64,000 nucleotides of DNA from Centroscyllium fabricii (Eukaryota): the NCBI GenBank assembly GCA_051313645.2, contig JBNRSN020000007.1, positions 138,942,001-139,006,000 on the forward strand, written 5' to 3'. Positions 35,134 to 47,904 of the stretch are shown here, one piece after another (the stretch's first letter is position 1; each line of letters opens with the position of its first letter). The position numbers and the translations under genes are program-made. The notes below the pieces were generated by a model. The model ran no database searches. It was not told where the DNA came from and worked only from the letters and a program-made list of their open reading frames with translations.

Positions 35134-36349
35134 GTCTTGAGAAGGCTTTGGATCAAGGGAAGTAATGGAGGTAGGTGAGGGGTTTAGGGAGGGCGAGGGG
35201 GCAGAGAGAAAGAGCGAGGGGGAGGGTGGCAGGGGGGAGGGCCGAGGGGGTGCTTGAGGGGGGCGGGATGGGTGAGGGGGGCAGCAAGGGCGCCGAGATA
35301 GCTGAAGGTGGAGCAGATGGAGTTGTAAGAGTGGAGGACACACGCAGGACCATAGACTGTTGACATGCTGCTGTAACCAGGGGCTGAGGGTCATCTGTAG
35401 AAAGGCCTTGCTGGACTCCATAGCCTGGATTTCCCAGTTGATGTTATTAGAATGTGGGAGTAACCCATTTCTATGAAATGGGTTATTGCCAGAATTAAAA
35501 TAATGCTCATCAGAAACTCCAAGCTAATCCTTAAGTACTGAAAACTATCTTCATGGCCTACATATCCAAAGAACTGATAAAATGCACACCAACACTGTAC
35601 TCAGAACCAAGTTATATTGTCACGATGTTATTACACAGAGATAATGAGTAACATATAAACATAATATATATATCTTGGGCCTTGCAACACATTCGCTGGC
35701 AGCTATAATCCATTTGTCACATAGACCTGCATTTTAAACAGGACCTTCATATAAGGTGGGTCGTGCATTCTTTGGAAATTGAATTTGCAATCCAGTTCTA
35801 TTATGTCCCAGTTTGCACACATTCTTTGCAAAAGTGACGCTCAATTGTGCTGTTGGCTCACAACAGCTGGCAGGCACAGTTGCATCATCACCGAATGGTG
35901 TTTATGCTCAAGGCTGATGGCAGAACATGAGTTCCAGGCCATTGCCAGTAATATTTCAATGCTGTTCATTCACATTATTAAAAATAAATGCTGATTATTA
36001 AACTGAAGAACAAATAGTGCACCAGAACTCAAGCCATACAGTTCACCAGAGCACCCCTTCATTTGGCTTGTGTATTTTACTCCAGTTCCCATATACCTGT
36101 ATTAAAAAAAGCTATCTGGAAATTACCAAAAGAGTAGAACTTCCAATCTGCAAAATTCGCACAGAAATACTTAGTGCACTCACACTACATCCCTGCACTT
36201 TATTCAACGACTAAAAATAGCGTTGAACGGTCATACTCAAATGGAAATTCTACCCACAAACATTTTGTTAATTAATATCCAGACTTCTTAAAAATCCACT
36301 TTGTTGAACAAATTTCTCCCTGGTAATGTTGCAAGTGCAGCCATTTTAG

Positions 36350-36568
36350 AATCTTCAAAATAGTGCCTTGGGATCTTTTACGTCCACTCGAGAGGGCAGA
36401 CAGGGCCTCAGGTTAACATCTCATCCGAAAGGCGGAACCTCTGACTGTGCAGCACACCCTCAGCACTGCATTGGAGTGTCAGCCTAGCTCTGTGTGCTCA
36501 AGTTTCTGGAGTGGGACTTGAACAACCTTCTGACTCAGAGGCGAGAGTGCTACCCACTGAGCCACGGC
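36350..36568 (-). mobile_element. Deu-SINE 5' half
   Basis: AAATAGTGCCTTGGGATCTTTTACGTCCAC...GTGCTACCCACTGAGCCACGG. Confidence 0.8.
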
Positions 36569-38196
36569 AGATACCTTGTACACAAGAAGGCCAGAACTAG
36601 CCAAGAAATGAATTAAAGCATAATTTTCAGCACAAACGGAACCAGCGGAGAACGCACACAATTGCAGAAACTTCAACTCTAGTTTGCACTGTCACCGATT
36701 TCAAAACTCGCAGGTTAATTGTGTATATCTAAACATACAACAGCAATGCGCTTGGAACTAATGCCATGGATCTATAAATCAGTCTTTCAAATAATTTCTT
36801 GTTCTGCTTAATTTCCGAGTTTCCTGCTGTCTGGAACTGGATTAACATCCGTGGTTGTTATTTGACTAGTTAAGCGGCTGTTAAGCCATGAGGTCAGACG
36901 ACTCCTGATTGGCCAGGTCTCTGCCCAGCCAGCAAAGTCTGACTGAACTAGTCATTTTTCTTTTTAATTGAAGAAAAATTAAATCATCCAGTAATTCAAC
37001 GTAAGCAACTTAACTAAGACAGCAAATTCTTTTGTGTTCGAAACCAAGGAATAATTTGCACTACTCTCGGGAGCAGCGAGTCTACGTTTCGTTGTATTGT
37101 ACTAGTACACTGCAATGACAATAAAATTGAATTGAATTGAATGAATGTGAATTAAGCGACTTTGAATTAAAAGTAGACACTAAACTGTAAAACATTTTTC
37201 TATTCATTACCATCAAAAACATTTTTTAAAGGCAAGATTGATGTCTGCCATTGGTTTCTGCAAGTGGAAAACATCACTAAAGAATGTACCATCTTAGAAA
37301 GTATTAAGAGTAAATTCTCCAGTGATTTCCCTCAGCTGAAAAGATACATATCTCACAAAGTGATGGCCATCTTGATAAAGATAATGGTCAATGCCTGTCC
37401 TATCGCTCTCGCTTTTCTGACTAAAACTGAAGAGTCTTTGGCCCACACATGGAGAGGTTTTTTATATCCTTCACTCCGGTTAGTCTGAACTGACAGAAGA
37501 AAAGAATGCTATTTCTCTGTAATGATTCACCAAATTAATTCTCGCTCTCTAATCAATATGCTATTTGGTGCATGTCAGCACAGACAGACTTTGCCCCTGT
37601 GAGCATTGCAGTTGCAAATTCAGATCAAAAGGGCTTTCCCATTCAAAATCGAGAGTTTGATATTTTCCTTAATGCAGACACGCTCGGAATCAGAATTCTC
37701 GACCTGTCCACCTTCTGGACTTGCTTCATATTGGAGTTTACAGCCTCAGTGTGAGCCAAGGAAATTTTGAATGACGAGGTGCATTTAAACTCAAGTATCC
37801 ATGAGTCAGAAAAGTCATTGATATTAGTCAGCTATTCCCATTAAGCATCAACTCCATTTAACAGCTTACCCCACCTCCCACATTTCCTTTCCCTCTGTGC
37901 AAGTCTGCCAAATCGTAACTGCCCGACATGCAAAACATCATTAGCCCCCAATCAAAGATGGGGATGTCAATGAACTTGCATGTCAAATACAGACGACACA
38001 ACAGGACATTCTTAAGGTGTTCTTTCAAACATTCCACCTCTTTAAGGTCAAAGTTACTTTTTTCAGGGATACAGCTGTGAAATGGTTCCAATCAACATGG
38101 CAGCAAACTCAGCTTTGTGCCGGCAGGCCAACGTTTGAATAAAGGAGTATCAAGCTGATAAATCAGAAATTACAAGCCTGCCTCTTTTAAGCAATT

Positions 38197-38362
38197 GATG
38201 TGGAGGTGCCGGTGTTGGACTGGGGTAGACAAATGCAAGAAGTCACACAACACCAGGTTATCGTCCAACAGTTTTATTTGAAATCGCAAGCTTTCGGAGC
38301 TCCGAAAGCTTGTGATTTCAAATAAAACTGTTGGACTATAACCTGGTGTTGTGTGACTTCTT
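38197..38362. mobile_element. Fold-back Penelope-like family 1 insertion
   Basis: Near-perfect palindrome centred on GCTTTCGGAGCTCCGAAAGC, with arms of about 60 bp. Confidence 0.82.
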
Positions 38363-38761
38363 CCTTTCAAGCATGCAATAGTTGGTGATGAATGGCCAAA
38401 GCTTAGATTTGGCTTTGATGTAACTAGAAGTGACCAAAGCCAAACTGTAATCTCAAACTCAGGCTTTTCAATCGGTTTTAGAGAATGGAGCCAAAGTTCA
38501 TGGGACCAGAAACTAAAATTAAACAGCCTTCAGCATTCAGGCCCCCAACATGAAGACAGGGCGCCCTATACCTTTCACCGTTGTTGGTGTAAACTGGCAG
38601 TATAGGCCAGAGGAAGAGAATGCAACCCCTGCAATGATGCATCAAGTTCATTCTCCTCGCCGATTACTATTACGTTTGTAGTGAAGAGGCACTGGGAGAT
38701 GCAGCCTCTCAAGCCAAGTGATAGCAGTGATAGTCATTGTTTAAATGCTTAGTTTTTGTAG

Positions 38762-38940
38762 AAGTCACACAACACCAGATTATAGTCCAACGGTTTTATT
38801 TTAAATCACAAGCTTTCGGAGCTTTTGCCCCTTCGTCAGGTGAATGAGAATCTGGCTTAAAGAACCGTTGGACTATAATCTGGTGTTGTGTGACTTCTAG
38901 CATTTGTCCACCCCAGTCCAACACCGGCACCTCTACATTA
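38762..38940. mobile_element. Fold-back Penelope-like family 1 insertion with 12-bp TSD
   Basis: TAGTTTTTGTAG is duplicated at 38750-38761 and 38941-38952; two inverted arms. Confidence 0.85.
38806..38843 (-). ncRNA. Minimal type I hammerhead ribozyme motif
   Basis: Minus strand UCAC-CUGACGA-A-GGGGC-AAAA-GCUCC-GAAA-GC-UU-GUGA: conserved core, stem II, palindromic AAGCUU in place of stem III, and stem I UCAC/GUGA. Confidence 0.7.
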
Positions 38941-39000
38941 TAGTTTTTGTAGGTCATTCACTCTTGGCAGCAACTTTTCCCATCACATACCAGAGCTTCC

Positions 39001-39373
39001 AGGCTGGCGTTCCAGTGCAGTACTGAGGGAGGGCTGCACCGTCGGAGGTGCCGGCTATCAGATAAGAAGTTAAACCGAGGCCCCATCTGCCCTATCAGGT
39101 GGACGTAAAAATCCCACTATTTCAAAGAGGAGCAGGAGAGTTATCCCTGGTGTCCTGGCCAATATTAATCCCTCAACCAACATCACTATAAAACAGATTT
39201 TCTGGTCATTATTTCATTGCTGTTTGTGGGAGCTTGCTGTGTGCAAATTGGCTGCCGCATTTCCCACATTGCAACAGTGATGACACGTCAAAAGTACTTA
39301 ATTGGCTGTAAAGTGCTTTGGGACATCCGGAGGTCGTGGAAGGCGCTATATAAATGCAAATCCGTCTTTCTTT
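39001..39373 (+). mobile_element. Deu-SINE lacking the head
   Basis: Deu domain and tail GGCGCTATATAAATGCAAAT. Confidence 0.85.
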
Positions 39374-39978
39374 AAGTTAGCCAAGATGCAGGCACTATAG
39401 TCTAAGCAAATCGGTAACACCAGCAAGGCCATGCATTTACATCTGCAAAATAAGCACCGTATCAGTCAAAGGAAAGCATTGTCTAAAGCTCTCCCCTACC
39501 ATTTTTCCGTTGGTGCAAACGGACCTTTGGCTCACCGTGGAGATAGAATGGAAAGTGTTGCAGTTTATTTGAGGGGCTGGGGGAGAGGAACAACAAAATA
39601 TTCTAGAAAGTGATTTCTATTTACAGTATCTGATGAAGCGACTGAAAGGGGAGCAGGAGTTGGAGCAGAGGCCTGGAACAATCCGCCAGGTAAACAACCA
39701 TCACCAGCAGCTGAGAGGAAAGCGATGCAGGAGGAGGTGCAGTGGGACTACCAGCAGATTAGACGGGAGCAGGAGTGCCAGTACAGAGGGCTTTTACAGT
39801 TGGCTCTCGAGTTAAGACAGAAGGCTCCTGGGAGCAGTTGCAAAAGCACCACCATTCCTGCTGCTTCTTGTGTCAGCTGTGGTTCAGTGATAGCACACTT
39901 GCCTCAGAGTTAGAAGTTTGCGTGTTCAGGTCCCAGTCCAGAGACTTCAGCATAAAATCCAGGCTGACACTCCCAGTG

Positions 39979-40263
39979 TGTGGTAAACCGTTTACCACTA
40001 ATACTGCTGTATTATGTATAGTCTCTGTATTGTATTGTATTGTATTGTACATAGTTACTTCTTGCCCACCTGAGATCTACCTGGGATGCCTCAGCCGGCT
40101 CCGCCTCCTGGCTCCACCCACAGACTGCTGTATAAAGGTGGCAGCCCTGCTGACCTTGTGGCATTCCAGGACCTGATAGTGACAAGACCTGTACTCCAGT
40201 TCTTTGCTAATAAAAGCCTCAATTGCTTTACTTCTTCGACTCACAGTAATTGAGCGTGCATCA
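39979..40263 (+). mobile_element. Solo LTR (family X-related)
   Basis: TGTGGT...GCATCA termini, TATAAA and AATAAA motifs, 5-bp TSD CAGTG. Confidence 0.88.
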
Positions 40264-40411
40264 CAGTGCAGCACTGCAAGAATGCTGCACTGTCGGAGGG
40301 GTCGTTTTTTGGATAAGGCGTTAAACGAAGGCCCCATCTGCCCTCCCAGGTGGATGTGAAAGATTCCACGGCACTATTTCCAAGAAGAGAAGACAAGTTC
40401 TCCCCGGTGTC

Positions 40412-40786
40412 AGAAGAAACACAGAAGATAGGAGCAGGAGTAGGCCATTCGGCCCTTCGAGCCTGCTCCGCCATTTGTTTGATGAGATCATGGCTGATCA
40501 TCCAAACCCAGCAGCCCCCTCCTACCCTCTCCCCATATCCCCCGACACCCCCAACTCTAAGAACTATATCTCACACACATACTCATGGGCAATTTTTAGT
40601 ACCTCCAAGTCACCTAACCTGCATGTCTTTGGGTGGTGGGAGGAAACCGGAGTACCCGGAGGAAACCCACACGAACACGGGGAGAACATGCAAACTCCAC
40701 GCAGAGCGGTCCCGGGCCGAGCAGGATTCGAACCCAGGAGCTCCTTATTGCGAGGCAGCAGTGCTAACCACTGCGCCACCGTGTCG
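40412..40786 (-). mobile_element. V-SINE (variant HE1-like subfamily)
   Basis: GTGGCGCAGTGGTTAGCACTGCTGCCTC head, V-domain and CR1 tail. Confidence 0.88.
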
Positions 40787-40967
40787 TCCTGGCCAATATT
40801 TATCACTAAACCAACACCACTAAAAAAAAGATTATCTGGTCATGTGTCCCATTGCTGTCTATGGAACCTTGCGGTGCACAAATTGGCTGCCACATTTCCT
40901 ACATTGCAATAGTGACTACACTTCAAAAGTCCTTAAGTGGCTGCCCGGAGGTCGTGAAAAACACTAT

Positions 40968-41873
40968 GGGGGGGATTTTCGGAGGACCGTGAGTGCAGGT
41001 TTCTGGCGGGCGGGGACTAAAATTGCAATTCCGGTGGGCGGGAAGGCACCCCGCCAGATCCCCGCCCATTTGGGATTTTCATCGGGCAGGTTTTGCCGTC
41101 CCGCATGTTTCCCACCCGCTGCCAGCAGGGATGCTTAGTGAGCTCGTTGAGGACCATTAAGTGGCTGGATAATCCTATTTTAAGGGCCCTCAGCTATTTT
41201 AGCCCTCTTCCCACCCAAAACACTCCTGGTGGGAACCCCGCCAGTGAAAGATGGTGGGCACCCAGTCGGCTGGGTGTCTGCCACCTTCAAGGCATGGGCA
41301 CAGCACCCACACAGCAGTTTGCTAGCCTCCACCATGCTGGAGGTGCAGCTGCCACCCAAGGGTGGTAAACTTCAGAGCCCCAAAACATAGAAATCACTCA
41401 CCTTTAAATCTCTGCTATTCATATAGAGATCGGCGTGCTGCGCTGTGAACCAAGCTGTCAATCACCCAGGGAATCAGTTTCTGTTTACAGTCCATTGAAA
41501 CCACAAACAAACAGTGACTCACTTCAACTGTTTGTTTTGTGGTTTTAGTGTTCCCTTTCAGACTGACATTTCAAAGGCTGTGTCAACATGGAAACAAAGG
41601 AACCACTTGAACACTGTCAATCAAGCTTAGTGGTTTCTTACTACTCAGGCTATTCAGGCCTGTCAATCAACCGCCCGCCCCACTCAAACTGTGAATGAAA
41701 AGGGCTGCAGTCCCACCCAATAGGGTGCATTGGAAGCCCAGCAGACCGGCGGCGATTTAATTGGCCACTTGACCCAAAATCACTCGAGCCTCCCAGGTCC
41801 TTGGGCGGGCGGGACAGAAAGCTGACCCGCCCAAAACCCAACAGCTTCCCACACCTTTTAAAAAATTCCCCCC
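40968..41873 (+). mobile_element. Harbinger MITE family B
   Basis: GGGGGGGATTTT...AAAATTCCCCCC, TSD TAT; collinear with 10166-11061. Confidence 0.9.
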
Positions 41874-42174
41874 TATATAATTGCAAGTGTTTTCCTTGCG
41901 TTTCTTGTTGCCAATTCTGTGATACGGGATGTCGTTTCTTTAGCCGAGAAGCACACGAGGCTCTGGCTAGAACCAGTATATCGTTTTTTTTTCAATGAAT
42001 TGCGAAGGTATTGCACCCGGAATTATTTACCCATCAAGAAATGTTGACAAAAATGGCACATTTCCATTTCAGCCTGCACAATGTCCAAGTCATGCAGCCA
42101 AGGCAGTTATTAGCCAGCCAGCTACCTGCACATGCGGGAAAGAAACGTCCTTGCCAAAGATGCAATTGTTTTTT

Positions 42175-42620
42175 AATTTTATTCTTGGGATGTGGGTGTC
42201 GCTGGCAAGGCCGGCATGGATTGCCCATCCCTAGTTTCCCCGAGAATGTGGTGGGGGCATTCTTCTTGAATGGAAGCATGGCGGTGATTGTGCTCCCACA
42301 ATGCTGAAGCAGTTTGATACAACTGAGTGGCGCACTCGGCCACTTCAGAGGGTAATTTAAGAGCCAACCACATTGCTGGGGGACTGGAGTCACGTATAAG
42401 CCAGACCAGTAATGACAGCAAGCTTCCTTCCCTAAAGGACATGAGCAAACCACTTGGGTTTTTATGTCAATCTGACAGCTTCATGGTCACTTTTACTGAA
42501 ACCAGCTTTTTATTTCTAGATTATTTTTTTTTACAACTGAATTCAAATTCTCAAACTGCGGTGCTGGGATCTGAACTCACGTCCTGTAGATTATTAGCCC
42601 AGTAACATTACCACAACACT
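42175..42620 (-). mobile_element. MER131/Meta-SINE-like element
   Basis: Diverged reverse complement of 54639-55101. Confidence 0.75.
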
Positions 42621-43161
42621 ATCATATCTCTTCTGCATTCTCATAACTGTTTTATGTACAAATAGCATACTTGACAGGACTCGACCTGATTTGACATGTA
42701 TAATGGCAAACTGCATAGTTATGAGGCCAGTTTAGCCTTGCAATAAACAGTGCATCATTCCTGTCCCAGTCCGTTGCTCTCTATGTATCCGAGGAAAGCA
42801 GCAAAATATATTAAGAGACTCCCACCTCCACCCAAGCTCATGCATTTTTTTCTGCTTAATTGGAATTTCCTAAATGGGCACAAAAATCAGGGAAATCGTT
42901 CTATATTTTTTCAAAACTGTCACCAAGGAGTAGTTGTTTCATTTGCAACTTGCATGTATGCAACACATCTCACCCTCAGGAGCAGTGAAAAGGAAAAGGA
43001 TGCAACAAGCACGAGGAAAATGAGACAAAAATGGAGGTGCTGGGACGGGAACAGAGGACAGGGATGAAGACAGGGCTTTTGGGAAGGTCTGCAGATGCAG
43101 CCAAGACAGTCCTAGAAAGTGGTGACTGAACAGGCACTATACCCTCATTCTGCTGTTTAAT

Positions 43162-44801
43162 GAGCCCCTAGCCAAGCTGTTCCAGTACAGTTACAACACT
43201 GGCATCTACCCAGCAATGTGGAAAATTGCCCAAGTATGTCATGTCTACAAAAAGCAGGACAAATTCGACCCGGCCAATTACCGTCCCATCAGTCTACTCT
43301 CAATCATCAGCAAAGTGATGGAAGGTGTCGTCGACAGTGCTATCAAGCGGCACTTACTCAGCAATAACCTGCTAACTGACGCCCAGTTTGGGTTCCGCCA
43401 GGGCCACTCGGCTCCTGACCTCATTACAGCCTTGGTCCAAACATGGACAAAAGAGCTGAACTCAAGAGGAGAGGTGAGAGTGACTGCCCTTGAGATCAAG
43501 GCAGCATTTGATCGAGTGTGGCATCAAGGATCCCTGGCAAAGCTGAAGTCAATGGGAATCAAGGGGAAAACTCTCCATTGGTTGGAATCATACCTAGCAC
43601 AAAGGAAGTTGGTTGTGGTTGTTGGAGGTCATTCATCTCAACCACAGGACATCACTGCAGGAGTTCCTCAGGGCAGTGTCCTAGGCCCAACCATCTTCAG
43701 CTGTTTCATCAATGACCTTCCCTCCATCATAAGGTCAGAAGTGGGGATGTTCACTGATGATTGCATACTGTTCAGCACCATTCGAGACTCGTCAGATACT
43801 GATGCAGTCCGTGTCCATATGCAGCAAGACCTGGACAACATTCTGACTTGGGCTGACAAGTGGCAAGTAACATTCGCACCACACAAGTGCCAGGCAATGA
43901 CCATCTCCAACAAGCGAGACTCTAACCATCTCCCCTTGACATTCAATGGCATTATCATCGCTGAATCCCCCACTATCAACATCCTGGGGGATACCATTGA
44001 TCGGAAACTGAACTGGACCAGCCATATAAATACTGTGGATACAAGAGCAGGCCTGAGGCTGGGAATTCTGCGGCGAGTGTCTCACCTCCTGACTCTCCAA
44101 AGCCTTTCCACCATCTACAAGGCACAAGTCAGGAGTGTGATGGAATACTCTCCACTTGCCTGGATGAGTGCAGCTCCAACAACACTCAAGAAGCTCGACA
44201 CCATTCAGGATAAAGCAGGCCGCTTGATTGGCACTCCATCCACCACCTACAACATTCACTCCCTCCACCACCGGCGCACTGTGGCTGCAGTGTGTACCAT
44301 CTACAAGATGCACTGCAGCAACTCGCCAAAGCTCCTTCAACAGCACCTTCCAAACCTGCAACCTCTACCACTTAGAAGGACAAGGGCAGCAGATGCATGG
44401 GAACAGCACCACCTACAAGTTCCCCTCCAAGCTACACACCATCCTGACTTGGACCTGTATCGCCGCTCCTTCACTGTCGCTGGGCCAAAATCCTGGAACT
44501 CCCTTCCTAACAACATTGTGGGTGTACCTACACCATATGGACTGCAGCGGTTCAAGAAGACGGCTCACCACCATCTTCTCGATGTGGAGGTGCCGGTGTT
44601 GGACTGGGGTGGACAAATGCAAGAAGTCACACAACACCAGGTTACAAGCTTGTGATTTAAAATAAAACTGTTGGACTATAACCTGGTGTTGTGTGACTTC
44701 TTGCATTTGTCCACCATCTTCTCAAGGGCAATTATGGATGGGCACTAAATGCAGGCCTAGCCAGCCAGCGACGCCCACATCCCATCAATGAATAAAAAAA
44801 A
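43162..44801 (+). mobile_element. 5'-truncated CR1-group LINE (distinct from the HER1-like family) with long open RT frame 43216-44655
   Basis: NYRPISLLS, QFGFR, KAAFDRVWH, GVPQGSVLGP, FTDD (degenerate YADD), WNSLP; 3' UTR and A-rich tail at 44790-44801. Confidence 0.92.
44581..44714. mobile_element. Fold-back Penelope-like family 1 insertion inside the LINE 3' end
   Basis: CCACCATCTTCTC is duplicated at 44568-44580 and 44711-44723; inverted arms. Confidence 0.82.
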
Positions 44802-44881
44802 CCTGTGTAAACACATTTACCCTTTTGTTCTGACCGACTTCGCAGAGTGGGTTGGAACAGTTGCTCAGTACCTCAAAATAT

Positions 44882-46778
44882 CATAGAATCATAGAAGATA
44901 GGAGCAGGAGTAGGCCATTCAGCCCTTCGAGCCTGCTCCGCCATTCAATGAGATCATGGCTGATCTTTAGCAAGCTAGTACCCTGTCCCCGCCTTTTCTC
45001 CATAACCTTTAATCTCTTTAGCTTGAAGAAATATATCCAATTCCCTCTTGAATATGTTTAATGAACTGGCCTCCACCGCTCTCTGTGGCAAGGAATTCCA
45101 CAGGCCCACCACTCTCTGAGTGAAGAAATTCTTCCTCATGTCTGTCCTAAATGGTTTACCCCTTATTCTTAGACCGTGGCCCCTGGTTCTGGACTCCCCC
45201 GCCATTGGAAACATTCTCTCTGAATCTAACCTGTCCAGACCTTTCAGAATTTTATACATCTCAATGAGATCGCCTCTCAATCTTCTAAACTCCAACGAGT
45301 ACAAGCCCAGACTACATAATCTCTCCTCGTAGGTCATTCCTGCCATTCCAGGAATCAGCCTGGTGAAACGCCGCTGCACTCCTTCCATGGCAAGAACATC
45401 CTTCCTCAGGCGAGGCGACCAGACTGTACACAATACTCGAGGTGTGGGCTCACCAGTGCCTTGTACAGCTGTAGTAAGGTATCCTTATTCCTATACTCGA
45501 ACCCTCTTGATATGAAGGCCAACACACCATTTGCCTTCCTAACCGCCTGCTGCACCTGCGTGCTCGCCTTCAGCGACTGGTGCACAAGAACACCCAGGTC
45601 TCTTTGCACCTCCCCATCTCCCAATCTATTGCCATTTAAGTAATAATCTACCCTCCTGTTTTTGCCCCCAAAGTGGATAACCTCACATTTATCCACATTA
45701 TAGTGCATCTGCCATCTATCTGCCCAGTCCCCCAACTTATCCAAATCGCCCTGTAACTTCCTGACACCCTCTTCAGAGCCCGCCCCCCCTCCTAGTTTGG
45801 TGTCATCCGCGAATTTGGAGATATTACATTCAATTCCCTGATCCAGATCATTAATATATATTGTAAACAGCTGGGGTCCCAGGACAGACCCCTGCGGTAC
45901 CCCACTAGTCACCGGCTGCCACTCAGAAAACGAGCCGTTAATTCCAACTCTCTGTTTTCTATCTGCCAACCAGTTCTCTATCCACATCAAAACTTTGCCC
46001 CCAATCCCATGAGCCTTAATTTTACATGCTAATCTTTTATGTGGAACCTTATCGAAGGCTTTCTGGAAGTCAAGGTACACCACATCTACTGGCTCTCCCC
46101 CATCTATTTTCCGAGTTACTTCCTCAAAGAATTCCAATAGATTAGTTAAACACGATTTACCTTTTGTAAATCCATGTTGACTCTGTCCGATCTCATCCCT
46201 AATTGTCAAATGCTCCGAGATTACATCCTTGATAATGGACTCGAGCATTTTGCCCACTACTGATGTAAGGCTTACTGGTCTATAATTCCCTGCTTTCTCT
46301 CTGCCCCCCTTTTTAAATAGTGGGGTAACATTAGCCACCCTCCAATCCGTGGGTACTGATCCAGAGTCTATCGAGTTCTGGAAAATGATCCTTAAAGCAC
46401 CCGCTATTTCCAGGGCCACCTCTTTAAGTACCCTAGGATGTAGATTATCAGGCCCTGGGGATTTGTCGGACTTCAATCCCTTCAACTTCCCCAAAACCAT
46501 CTCCTTAGAAATACTGATATCTGTCAGCTCCTCCCTTGCATTAGACCCTATGTTCGCTGCTATCCCTGGGAGGTTGCTTGTGTCCTCCTTTATGAAGACA
46601 GAACCAAAATATGAATTTAGTTGGTCTGCCATTTCTTTATTCCCCATTATATATTCCCCTGAATCGGACTGCAAGGGACCGACTTGGGATTTTACCAATC
46701 TTTTCCTCTTGATGTACCTATAAAAGCTTTTGCAGTCAGTTTTTATGTTTGCCGCAAGCTTACATTCATAATCTATCT
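44882..46778 (-). mobile_element. CR1 (HER1-like) LINE, 5'-truncated, near-intact RT
   Basis: ORF 45406-46698 (430 aa; FADDTKL) plus 44975-45433 after one frameshift; tail with TTCTATGA repeats. Confidence 0.95.
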
Positions 46779-47904
46779 AATATGCATCATTTGTTTGAAA
46801 AGAAATGTTTCAACAACCATAAAATGTCTTTTCAGGAAGGTCCCACCACAAAGAATGTCAGGATAAAGGAGGGGTGGGGGATGGGGGGGTGTGGAACCCT
46901 CTTCTAACTTAACCACATGTGACAGAAGGTGGCACAGCCTTGAGACTGATGTGGGTACAATACTGTGTAGCTACTTAGGCAATGAAAGGGGGAGGCAGAA
47001 CAGCCATCAGTGCAAATATACATCGCTCAGAAGCATGAGCTGGAAGAATGGGAAGGAGAGAGAATGTCCACAGATTTGTTGAAGTCTTCAACTTGCTTCC
47101 AAATGGCGCTGAATGGGACTTGGATAAAAAACAGCAAACGCACTCCTGACAGACAACAGCTTTCTCCCAACACTTCTGTCTTAGCTTTGCAGCTAAAAAT
47201 GGTTTCCATTAACAGGCAAGCGTCCTATGAAGTGAAGCCTGTGCCCCGTACCATGTAGAACAGCATCCCCACCAATGGGACATCCACCACATTCTCCTGA
47301 CTTTTTGCTTTCACTTTTGCGTAACAATATACTGAATGTGACCAATATAAAGTCCAGAAGAAATACTGGTTAATACTCCTCACTGCAAACATTTATGCAT
47401 GTTTTGTGCTGGTCAATTATTTTTGATTTTCTGATTCTTTGTAGAAAGATAGCAGCCTCTCAAGACTGGCTAATCAGCCTGAGGGACAGACAGAAGAAAG
47501 ATGTTGGGATAGGATCCCATTGGGTGTGTCTTTAAAATGGAGCCATCCGTAACACACAACTTACAATGGTATCAATTGTGTATTCGAACATCGGGTCCAG
47601 TCGATGGGGAAATATAGTATCCAACGGGTTTAATGTACTGTTGCTTTATACCAGGTTCCCATCTTAAATGTAAAAACGTTTTACATTTTAATAATGCTTC
47701 AATGTAATCATTTTCTTTTCTTCTTGATGAGCCCTCACTTGAAGCACCTCTGACCCAAAACTGAATGGAGGTGGCATCGGACCTACATTTGATACCATGC
47801 TGTGGCTCTGTGTTTCTAACAATTAGCACATTTACACCCCTAAAAAAAGTGAGCTTTAATATTTGAGTTAGAGAAGTTAAATTAATACATTCTCTGGAAC
47901 ACAA

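Larger units (their letters stand above)
39873..41895 (+). mobile_element. Deu-SINE split by three younger insertions
   Basis: Pieces 39873-39978, 40264-40411, 40787-40967 and 41874-41895 rejoin into one collinear SINE. Confidence 0.82.

Noticed and set aside
35140-35430. Purine-rich block with short ORFs (also 13180-13490)
   Set aside because: Low-complexity sequence, possibly very old L2 debris; nothing supports a call.
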